Shown: piece by piece, positions 19,701 to 26,892 of the stretch
Numbering within the stretch: position 1 is the stretch's first letter
Layout of the letters: every line of letters begins with the position of its first letter
Assembly: GCA_964584785.1 (NCBI GenBank)
Contig: CAZPBY010000012.1
Coordinates: forward strand, 1-50,451
Source: an uncultured Solibacteraceae bacterium
GTDB lineage: Bacteria; Acidobacteriota; Terriglobia; 20CM-2-55-15
DNA length: 50,451 bases
Direction of reading: 5' to 3'
Translations under genes and position numbers: made by a program
Notes under the pieces: model-generated
What the model saw: only the letters and a program-made list of their open reading frames with translations
Databases searched by the model: none
What the model was told of the DNA's origin: nothing

Positions 19701-20129
19701 TCGACGTCGATGACGCAGCCGGGACCGTCGGGCGCGGGCGATCGAAGTCTGGTGAGAGCGAATCTCGTTGCGCCAATCACGCTGTTCGACGCGCACAACG
19801 TTCAAACGCTGTCGAAAGGCAAGGGCAACTACTACTTCGATCCCGCGGATTTCTCAGCGCCGGCGAACGATCCGACGCTGCGCACATACGGCACGTTTGG
19901 ACGTAACGGCTTCCGCGGTCCGTCGCGCAGCAATTTCGATTTCAGTGTTTCGAAGGTGACGGGGATCACGGAAAGGACTTCGCTCGAATACCGAGCGGAT
20001 TTCTTCAACCTGCTCAACCATGCGGAATTCAATAATCCGAGCACCTCGATCACCGGCGGAACGTTCGGTCAGATCTCGGGTACCGCGTCGCCGAGAATCA
20101 TCCAGATGGCCCTGCGTCTGAAGTTCTAG
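16776..20129 (+). CDS. TonB-dependent outer-membrane receptor with N-terminal carboxypeptidase-regulatory-like domain
   Basis: The ORF track starts at 16428 and overlaps anmK. The ATG at 16776 has a GGGAGGA SD, and MKNKKQIQIIMFVCLAALIGSAALSAQ is a signal peptide. The CarboxypepD_reg segment TGRIVGNITDPTGAVIPGVRVIATNAGTG...GNYEITAELAGFQ follows. A C-terminal aromatic terminus (...ALRLKF) fits a beta-barrel. Confidence 0.85.
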   Translation: MKNKKQIQIIMFVCLAALIGSAALSAQTATGRIVGNITDPTGAVIPGVRVIATNAGTGVSVETLTNETGAYQILLLPVGNYEITAELAGFQKVVTKPERLDVNQSLRIDVKLQVGAVTQEVVVEEAATHIETESATLGIVIGATQISNLPLNGRNVLDLALLQPGVIPNTSGNGSFSVSGGRGDSVTYLLDGGVNNNLLSNAAVLNPNPDVVEEFRILTNNYGAEYGRNAGGIVSVVTKSGTNQFHGTAYDYVRNDALNANSFFNNANTLKKDILKRNQFGGTLGGPVFKDKLFFFSGWQSQRQSQLQTTSKTTVFTPAELRGDFSKSNTAGTGPDANVVAFLQKFPYFQPDASLAAQGIIDPSRINSVAKNYISKSLIPTSDVGYLFSQGSARDNRDEITNKVDYFLTDRDRISTTLGWNRQTTISPFSTANVPGYPNQTQRKQYYFATNYVKTISPTMVNDFRFTAQRNNSLQSVPVSKRPTPQELGIGIIPDEATGPTILAFSSGLTVGFSPQGPSRLIDNTFTWTDSLTWTHGKHTFKTGATFTPYQDNQVFDFYIDGQFNFRNTGASSSKNDRADFLLGVPDQFRQYPAAPTNIRTKNFGGYVQDEWKFSRTVTLSFGLRYEYSSPKFDRFGQTFSYVYGAKSTVFPNAPLGLVFPGDSQAPKGSNFPDKNDVAPRFGFAWSPSDKMVIRGGAGVFYDILKAEDNFQFNGQKPFFPTASFNFNALAANPTAEVNYLTQPFVAAGINNPFPTRATPRDIDFVKAGYLPFGDSGVYSVDVNLRTPYIYQYNLDIQREVARNTVVDIAYAGSSSHKLTGLYDANPFIVDKPVPTTRLFNAIAGNPSNAFSYLTTFANVGTANYNSLQLGLNRRYSDMHVLGNLDYQFSYTYSKSLDTESGFRARNGTVPTYDRKRFRAVSDFDLTNYVSLSGNWELPFMKMWQSGPSRLVKGWNVLPIVTYRTGSPLDVTAGLSTSMTQPGPSGAGDRSLVRANLVAPITLFDAHNVQTLSKGKGNYYFDPADFSAPANDPTLRTYGTFGRNGFRGPSRSNFDFSVSKVTGITERTSLEYRADFFNLLNHAEFNNPSTSITGGTFGQISGTASPRIIQMALRLKF

Positions 20130-20142
20130 GACGCTTCAATCG

Positions 20143-20175
20143 GAAATCGCGAGCCGGAAATCGACTCGCGATTTC
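20143..20175. terminator. Bidirectional stem-loop terminator between the convergent receptor and kinase genes
   Basis: A perfect 11-bp stem (gaaatcgcgag / ctcgcgatttc) with an 11-nt loop is followed by a T/C-rich tract. Confidence 0.5.
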
Positions 20176-20182
20176 TCTTTCC

Positions 20183-21349
20183 TTACGATCGCGAAAGACG
20201 TGATCGCGCGGTGTGATAGGAATCGAACACCATAAAGGCCCAAAATCCCATTGTCAGGTAAGAAAAAAATGAATGTATCGCGCTGATGGCGGTGGCGTCA
20301 CGAAGAGCCGTAATTGCGCCGAACGCGATGATGTGGATCGCAGCCTTCTTGTACTCCGCATTGTACAGAGCGCCGAACCCGGGAATCATTCCCAGCATGA
20401 ACGCCAGCCCGGGCTTGCGGCCGCCGACGCTGGGAACCGGTTCGGCAGCGCGAACCGGCGGTGTGACGTCGCGCACCTGCACCACTGTGGTCCTGCCGGC
20501 AATCCAGTCGCGTCGCAGCCGTTCGAGATCCGATCGCAGCTCGGAAGAACGTTGATACCGGTAGCTGCGATCTTTTTCGATCGCTTTCGAAATGGTGTGA
20601 TCCAACTGAGACGGAAGCGCGGGATTGAATCGGGCGGGCGCAACCGGTTCGCGATTCAAGATCGAATCGTAAACCACAGCAACACTCGGACCGCTGAATG
20701 CCTGCTGTCCCGTGGCCATCTCATACAACATCACTCCCATCGAAAAAAGGTCGGTACGCGAATCCACTTCCTCGGCTCGTGCCTGCTCGGGCGACATGTA
20801 CGCCACGGTGCCGACAGCCGTGCCGGCGGCGGTTTTCAAAGCACCGAGCGTCGTCGCCACGTCCATGCCGGCATCCTTGGGTGCGAGTTTCGCCAGACCG
20901 AAATCGAGGATCTTCGCCTGCCCGTGGCTGGTGAGAAAGACATTCGCCGGCTTCAGATCGCGATGAATGATGCCCCGGTTGTGAGCCGCTTCGAGGCCGT
21001 TGGAAATCTGTATGGAGATATCGAGCAGTTCCTGTGTCGGTATGGGACCTCGCGAAATGCGATCCTTCAACGATTCGCCTTCGAGGTATTCCATGACGAT
21101 GAAGGGCTGACCTTCATGCTCGCCGACATCATAGATCGTGCAAATCTGCGGATGGTTCAGAGCGGAGGCCGCTTTCGCCTCCTGCCGGAATCGTTCGAGC
21201 GCCTGCGGGTCCTTCGCGTAGTCCTGCGAAAGAAACTTCACCGCAACCGGACGATCCAATCGAGTGTCGACCGCCTTGTACACCACACCCATCCCGCCCT
21301 CGCCGAGCCGATCCACGATTTGGTAGTGAGAGACGCGTTGGTTGAGCAT
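20183..21349 (-). CDS. Ser/Thr protein kinase with C-terminal transmembrane segment
   Basis: The Hanks kinase motifs are present: GEGGMGVVYKA, VAVK, HRDLKPANV, DFGLA and SPEQ. Hydrophobic helices sit at the C-terminus. Confidence 0.85.
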   Translation of the reverse strand: MLNQRVSHYQIVDRLGEGGMGVVYKAVDTRLDRPVAVKFLSQDYAKDPQALERFRQEAKAASALNHPQICTIYDVGEHEGQPFIVMEYLEGESLKDRISRGPIPTQELLDISIQISNGLEAAHNRGIIHRDLKPANVFLTSHGQAKILDFGLAKLAPKDAGMDVATTLGALKTAAGTAVGTVAYMSPEQARAEEVDSRTDLFSMGVMLYEMATGQQAFSGPSVAVVYDSILNREPVAPARFNPALPSQLDHTISKAIEKDRSYRYQRSSELRSDLERLRRDWIAGRTTVVQVRDVTPPVRAAEPVPSVGGRKPGLAFMLGMIPGFGALYNAEYKKAAIHIIAFGAITALRDATAISAIHSFFSYLTMGFWAFMVFDSYHTARSRLSRS

Positions 21350-21466
21350 CGGTACAAGCGTTATATCAATAAGAGACGGTACGGGAGAGGAATTTTAAAA
21401 ATAGGACGAGTTCTGACTCGCGGGACTCGTCCGCCTTCGAAATCCCTTCTGTCCTATACTTTTTGA

Positions 21467-23107
21467 ATGAGTGCATTCCTCCTGCTTCTTGTATTGGTGC
21501 AAGCCCCACAATCCAAGCCTCCGGCGGCCTCGATCGAGGGGATCGTCAAAACCTCCGGCACGGGTGAACCGATATACAGGGCGCGCGTCATGTTGTCCGG
21601 TGGAAACAATACGCCAAAGACGGCGACCACCGATCGAAACGGGCGCTTCAGTTTTTCTGACGTGGACGCGGGCAGATACTCACTGAGCGCGTTTGCAAAC
21701 AGCTACGTTCGGCAGTTTTACGGACAGAAGGCGGCCAACGGACCTTCAACACCTGTCGTGCTGACAGCGGGGCAGCAAATGAAGGATGTTGTGTTCGAGA
21801 TGACGCCAACGGGAGTGGTCACGGGCCGGATCTATGATTTCGACAACGCGCCGCTGCCAAACGCCGACGTTGTCCTTCAACGACTGGCATACGACGCAAG
21901 CGGGAAGCGGACATTGCAACCGGAGCAGCAGGTCCGGACCAACGACCTCGGTGAATATCGGCTGTTCTGGGTTTCGCCAGGCAAATACTTTCTTCGAGTG
22001 GAATACACCGGCGGGCCGACGCCGGTCTTTCGCAATCCCAACGATTTCATGGGACCGGCCGAGGAAGGCTACGCGCCGATCTATTATCCCGGCACAACCG
22101 ATTCGTCGTCGGCCACGGAAATCGAGATCCTGCCGGGCGGTCAGCTGAGCGCGATCGACGTGACGATGATCCGCACCAAAACGTACTCCGTCCGCGGACG
22201 TGTGATCGTCACCGTTGCCAGTGCCGCAGCCGGCCGGCCGTTCGTTTCACTCCGTCCGCGACAGCCTTCCGGAACGCTGATGGGAATCAACGGCACTGTA
22301 CCCACCATCAACCCCGCTGACGGCACCTTCGAAATCCGCAATGTGCCGGCGGGTTCCTACATCCTTCAGGCGAATTCCGGGACTCCGACGTCGGGAATGC
22401 TGCGCGCGGAAAGGCCGCTTGAAGTGAATCAGGATCTCGAAGGCATTGTGATTACGCTCAGCCCCGGTTTTGATCTTCCGGGCCACGTAGTATTCGAAAA
22501 CGGACTGCCGCAGGCCGGCACCAACTCGGTGCCGATCACGTCGATGCGCGTCATGCTGAGGCCGGCAGGTGACGGCGGCCCGGGAATCCTCAGTGGTGTG
22601 GGCGGCCCACCGGTGCTTAAACCGGACGGCACCTTCACGATCACCCAGGTCATGCCGGGCACGTATCAGATTTCGATCTTACCGTTGCCGCCGGACTCCT
22701 ACGTCAAAGCCGTGACCCTTGGCCAAACGGATGCGTTGCGCGATGGCTTCACGGTCGACCGCACTCCCGATTCGCCGATCGAGATTCTGGTCGGCGCCAA
22801 TGCCGGCAAGCTGGAAGGATCGGTTGTCGATCGCGAAGGGAAACCCCTCGCCAGCACTCAAGTGACGCTGATTCCGTTGGAACCGAATCGTGCGGATCGC
22901 TACCGGCTCAACGTCACCGACACGACCGGACATTTCACGTTTCGCGGAGTCGTCCCCGGGGAATACAAAGTGTTCGCGTGGGAATCGATGGAGGCGAACG
23001 CGTATCGCGATCCCGAATTCATTCGGCGCTATGACAATCAAGGGAAAGTCGTGATCCTGACGGAAGGTTCCAACCCATCCATCGAGCTGCGCGTGATTAA
23101 GCCTTAA
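21467..23107 (+). CDS. Secreted protein with repeated carboxypeptidase-regulatory-like (CarboxypepD_reg) beta-sandwich domains
   Basis: After a signal-like N-terminus there are several repeats of the G.V....G.P...A.V.L pattern (GIVKTSGTGEPIYRARVML, GRIYDFDNAPLPNADVVL, GSVVDREGKPLASTQVTL). The start codon is uncertain because there is no SD. Confidence 0.6.
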   Translation: MSAFLLLLVLVQAPQSKPPAASIEGIVKTSGTGEPIYRARVMLSGGNNTPKTATTDRNGRFSFSDVDAGRYSLSAFANSYVRQFYGQKAANGPSTPVVLTAGQQMKDVVFEMTPTGVVTGRIYDFDNAPLPNADVVLQRLAYDASGKRTLQPEQQVRTNDLGEYRLFWVSPGKYFLRVEYTGGPTPVFRNPNDFMGPAEEGYAPIYYPGTTDSSSATEIEILPGGQLSAIDVTMIRTKTYSVRGRVIVTVASAAAGRPFVSLRPRQPSGTLMGINGTVPTINPADGTFEIRNVPAGSYILQANSGTPTSGMLRAERPLEVNQDLEGIVITLSPGFDLPGHVVFENGLPQAGTNSVPITSMRVMLRPAGDGGPGILSGVGGPPVLKPDGTFTITQVMPGTYQISILPLPPDSYVKAVTLGQTDALRDGFTVDRTPDSPIEILVGANAGKLEGSVVDREGKPLASTQVTLIPLEPNRADRYRLNVTDTTGHFTFRGVVPGEYKVFAWESMEANAYRDPEFIRRYDNQGKVVILTEGSNPSIELRVIKP

Positions 23108-23122
23108 ACCAAACGCGGGTTT

Positions 23123-24571
23123 TTGCGATACATTACCGGCCGTTCCATGAAGAAACCCGAAGCTCAACCCGAGTTTTTGCGCGCGGAGTCTGCGATCGAG
23201 CAGCGCAGCGATGTGTTCAAGAAGGAGCTTGGACTGATGGACCTCGCGCTGACGCAGATCCTGTTCATTGTCGGCCTCGGCTGGATCGGTACGGCCGCGA
23301 AGCTCGGCCCGTCTCACACCTTTTTCTGGCTGCTTGCCGCGGTTCTTTTCTATGTTCCTTCAGCGGTCGTCGTCATCTACCTGAATCAATTGATGCCGCT
23401 CGAAGGCGGCTTGTATCAATGGGCGAAGCTCGGCTTCAACGAGTTCGCCGGATTCATGGTGGCGTGGAACCTGTGGCTCTACGCCATGGTCCTCACATCC
23501 GAGGTCGGTTTACAAGCTGCGACCAATTTCGCCTATGCGTTCGGTCCGAACTATGCGTGGATGGCGGGAAACAAATGGTTCATCACGCTCATGGGCTGTC
23601 TGTTGATCGGAACGCTATCGCTGATTGCCATTGTCGGCCTCGGCATCGGCAAGTGGGTGCACAACGCCGGCGGTTTCGTGATGTTGGTCATTTTCGCGGC
23701 GCTCATCACGCTGCCGTTGATCAACCTGTCGCGTGGAACGATCGCAAAGTTTGAGCCCTTCCCTGTCGCTGTTCCGGCAATAACGCTTCTCAACCTGAAT
23801 ATTCTCGGCAAACTCGGATTCGGCGCGCTTGGCGGGTTCGAGTACGTCGCCATATTTGCCGGGGAGTGCCGGAACCCCGTGCGCACGATCGGACGGTCCG
23901 TTATCGTTGCCGCGCCGGTGATCGTTCTGATGTTCGTCGTGGGCACAAGCACCGTGCAGTCGTTCATTCAGCTCGACAAGATCGACTTGATTGCGCCGAT
24001 CCCCCAAGTCCTGAGCGCGGGCACAACATCGCTCGGCATCGCCTTTCGCATAATTCCCTTTGTGATCCTGTTCGTGCTCGGCCTTCGCGTGTCGCAGGCG
24101 AGCATCAATCTGACCGCCACGGCGCGGCTCCCTCTCGTTGCGGGGTGGGATCGCTTGCTGCCGGAGTGGTTCACAAAGGTATCGCCTCGATTCAAGACGC
24201 CGGTGAATTCGATCGTATTCGTCGGCGCGATCACTCTGATGCTCGGCGGCGCAAGCATCACCGGCGTCGGTCAGCAGGAGGCGTATCAGCTGTTGAATAA
24301 CGGCGCAGGGATTCTGTACGCCCTGACCTATCTGGTGATGTTTGCCATTCCGATGGCCGGACTGAAGCAAATTGAGAAGCGCCCGCCGCTCTGGTTGCGG
24401 ATTTCCTCGCTGTCGGGGTTTCTGATGACGCTGCTTTACGTCGTGCTTTCGGTATTTCCGATCATCGAAGTGGGCAGCCGGCTCCTTTTTGCATCCAAGA
24501 TTATCGGCGTGATCGTGGTAACGAATCTGATTGGGGCCGCCATCTTCCTGGTTGCGCACCGCAAGTCGTGA
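23123..24571 (+). CDS. APC-superfamily amino acid/polyamine permease
   Basis: It is a polytopic membrane protein of about 12 TM helices, with the typical TM1 (ILFIVGLGWIGTAAKLG). The start could instead be the Met at 23147. Confidence 0.7.
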   Translation: MRYITGRSMKKPEAQPEFLRAESAIEQRSDVFKKELGLMDLALTQILFIVGLGWIGTAAKLGPSHTFFWLLAAVLFYVPSAVVVIYLNQLMPLEGGLYQWAKLGFNEFAGFMVAWNLWLYAMVLTSEVGLQAATNFAYAFGPNYAWMAGNKWFITLMGCLLIGTLSLIAIVGLGIGKWVHNAGGFVMLVIFAALITLPLINLSRGTIAKFEPFPVAVPAITLLNLNILGKLGFGALGGFEYVAIFAGECRNPVRTIGRSVIVAAPVIVLMFVVGTSTVQSFIQLDKIDLIAPIPQVLSAGTTSLGIAFRIIPFVILFVLGLRVSQASINLTATARLPLVAGWDRLLPEWFTKVSPRFKTPVNSIVFVGAITLMLGGASITGVGQQEAYQLLNNGAGILYALTYLVMFAIPMAGLKQIEKRPPLWLRISSLSGFLMTLLYVVLSVFPIIEVGSRLLFASKIIGVIVVTNLIGAAIFLVAHRKS

Positions 24572-24933
24572 ACCGCAAGCGCACTGAGGCGAGTAAAAGG
24601 AGGGAGTGGCTCCGCGGAATTTAAAACAGAGCTCGCGAAGCCACCTTGGCGGGAGCGAATCCCTTCTTCTTTCGACGACGGAATTCGCCTGCTCGACCGC
24701 GACGGATGGAACCATCCATCGGGATGTTTAGGCTGTTGAAATCAGTTCCTCCAAAAATGGTTGTACGTCGGACTTCGGTGCACAGACCGGCCTAACGCAG
24801 GCTGAACAGACTGGAAAGGATGGAGTCGGCTGGTTCAAGCAGGCCTCCTTGCCACGTGTAGAGCGCTTCCTGCGCAGGCTCGCTTAGTGAACAACTTTGT
24901 CGGCTTTGGCGCAATAGGACTAAAGTCCAAATA

Positions 24934-24939
24934 TGACGG
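24934..24939 (+). promoter_or_regulatory. Candidate -10 box, TATAAT (ggTATAATcc), 15 bp upstream of the M2 peptidase ATG
   Basis: It is an exact TATAAT. The same GGTATAATCC decamer also precedes the GGT gene at 38148-38157. Call by sequence pattern only. Confidence 0.25.
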
Positions 24940-24953
24940 TATAATCCTGCCTC

Positions 24954-26771
24954 ATGCGAACAATTCCAATTGCCCTTTTGATGCTCGTGACGCTGTCGGC
25001 CTGTACGACGAACAGCAGCGGTGTCACTGCCAATCCGACCGCGGCTGACGCCGGGAAATTCATTAATGAAGTCAACCAGACGATCGAACGTCTGGCGACA
25101 GCGAGTTCGCAAGCCTCGTGGGTCGCCGAAAACTTCATCACCGACGACACGCAGGCGATCAATGCGCGGGAAAACCAGCGGTTCATCGATCAGATCGCGA
25201 AATATGCGAAGGAGGCGGTGAAGTACGACAAAGTCGACGTGCCGCCGGATATTCGACGCCAGCTCAACCTGTTAAAAAATTCGCTGACGATGGCGACGCC
25301 TTCGGATCCGAAGGAAGGCGAAGAACTGACCAGGATCGCCGCAAGCCTCGACGCCACGTACGGCAAAGGCAAATGGTGCGAAGACAATCCCGGCAAGCCC
25401 GAAACATGTCACGACATCGACAAGATCACCAACATCATGGCCGACACGAAGACCGACGAGAAGCGTTTGCGGCAGGTGTGGGAAGGCTGGCAGACGATCG
25501 CCCAGCCGATGCGAAAGGACTACACCCGCTTCGTCGAACTTTCGAACAAGGGCGCCAGGGAATTGGGATTCGTCGACACCGGCGCCATGTGGCGGTCGAA
25601 ATACGACATGACGCCGGAAGAGTTCACGAAGGAACTCGATCGCCTGTGGGAGCAGGTGAAGCCGTTCTATCTGTCGCTCCACGCGTACGTCCGCATGAAG
25701 CTTCACGACAAGTACGGCGACATCGTTCCGGCGAACGGCCCCATCCCTGCACACCTCCTGGGGAACATCTGGGCGCAACAGTGGGGCAACATTTACCCGC
25801 TCGTCAAACCCGCGAACGCCGATGCCGGCTATTCGCTCACGGACATTTTGAAGCGGCGCAACACCAAACCCCTCGATATGGTCCGAATCGGCGAGCGGTT
25901 CTACACATCCCTGGGTTTTGCCCCGCTGCCGCCGACATTCTTTGAACGATCGTTGCTTGTGCGTCCTCGCGACCGCGACGTGGTCTGCCATGCGAGCGCC
26001 TGGGACATCGATAACGTCGACGACCTGCGCATCAAGATGTGCATCGAGCCGAAGGAAGAAGACTTCGACACGATCCATCACGAACTCGGGCACAACTTCT
26101 ATCAACGCGCTTATAACAAATTGCCGATGATGTTCCGGGACAGCGCGAACGACGGCTTCCACGAAGCGATCGGCGACACGATTGCGCTGTCGGTGACGCC
26201 GGAGTATCTCGTCAAAATCGGCCTGCTCGACAAGGCGCCCGATCAATCGCGCGACATCGGCCTGCTGCTGACACGCGCGCTCGACAAAATCGCGTTCCTT
26301 CCCTTCGGTCTGCTGATCGATCAGTGGCGTTGGAAGGTTTTTTCGGGAGAAGTGAAACCGGAGGACTACAACAAAGCCTGGTGGGATCTGCGGCTGAAGT
26401 ATCAGGGCGTCGCTCCGCCGTCAAATCGGGCTGAGGAGTTCTTCGATCCGGGGGCCAAATACCATGTGCCGGGCAACGTGCCGTACACGCGTTATTTTCT
26501 CGCGGACATCCTGCAGTTCCAGTTTCATCGAGCGCTTGCCAAGACCGCTGGTTGCACCACCGCTCTTCACCGATGCTCGATCTACGAGAGCAAGGAAGCC
26601 GGTGCGAAACTGAACGCGATGCTGTCGATGGGCGTTTCCAAGCCGTGGCCCGAGGCACTCGAAGCCATTGCGGGGACTCGTCAGATGGATGCGACGGCAA
26701 TCACCGACTATTTCGCGCCGCTGAAAGCCTGGATGGACGAGCAGACCAAAGGGAAACCCGTCGGTTGGTAA
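24954..26771 (+). CDS. Peptidase M2 (angiotensin-converting-enzyme-like peptidyl-dipeptidase) lipoprotein
   Basis: The zinc motif is HHELGHNFYQ...HEAIGDT (HExxH + E, with the spacing of M2/ACE). The signal peptide has a lipobox, MRTIPIALLMLVTLSAC. Confidence 0.8.
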   Translation: MRTIPIALLMLVTLSACTTNSSGVTANPTAADAGKFINEVNQTIERLATASSQASWVAENFITDDTQAINARENQRFIDQIAKYAKEAVKYDKVDVPPDIRRQLNLLKNSLTMATPSDPKEGEELTRIAASLDATYGKGKWCEDNPGKPETCHDIDKITNIMADTKTDEKRLRQVWEGWQTIAQPMRKDYTRFVELSNKGARELGFVDTGAMWRSKYDMTPEEFTKELDRLWEQVKPFYLSLHAYVRMKLHDKYGDIVPANGPIPAHLLGNIWAQQWGNIYPLVKPANADAGYSLTDILKRRNTKPLDMVRIGERFYTSLGFAPLPPTFFERSLLVRPRDRDVVCHASAWDIDNVDDLRIKMCIEPKEEDFDTIHHELGHNFYQRAYNKLPMMFRDSANDGFHEAIGDTIALSVTPEYLVKIGLLDKAPDQSRDIGLLLTRALDKIAFLPFGLLIDQWRWKVFSGEVKPEDYNKAWWDLRLKYQGVAPPSNRAEEFFDPGAKYHVPGNVPYTRYFLADILQFQFHRALAKTAGCTTALHRCSIYESKEAGAKLNAMLSMGVSKPWPEALEAIAGTRQMDATAITDYFAPLKAWMDEQTKGKPVGW

Positions 26772-26820
26772 AGCGTTTAAGCGCTTTGCTTCAAAGTCCT
26801 AATGAGGAACCAAGACAGTA

Positions 26821-26872
26821 CCCGAGCGAAGCGAGCGGCATCCTGGTAAGTGCCCCACTCGCTTCGCTCGGG
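26821..26872 (+). terminator. Stem-loop terminator after the M2 peptidase gene
   Basis: A perfect 15-bp inverted repeat (cccgagcgaagcgag ... ctcgcttcgctcggg) with a 22-nt loop is followed by ttctattgg. Confidence 0.55.
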
Positions 26873-26892
26873 TTCTATTGGCGTCCGAACTC

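Noticed and set aside
23615-24715. 366-aa minus-strand ORF
   Set aside because: It is antisense to the APC permease, is Arg/His-rich, and has no start context.
24800-24855. tRNA-like 3' end (GGTTCAAGC ... CCTCCTTGCCA)
   Set aside because: I tried to fold a T-arm and acceptor stem. The T-stem pairs poorly (at most 2 of 5 bp), and no complementary acceptor 5' strand exists about 70 nt upstream. It is not a tRNA.
25118-26246. ORFs antisense or out of frame to the M2 peptidase gene (25118..25945 plus; 25272..26246 minus)
   Set aside because: The M2 peptidase call is supported by the HHELGH...HEAIGD zinc motif and a lipoprotein signal, and these competitors are low-complexity.
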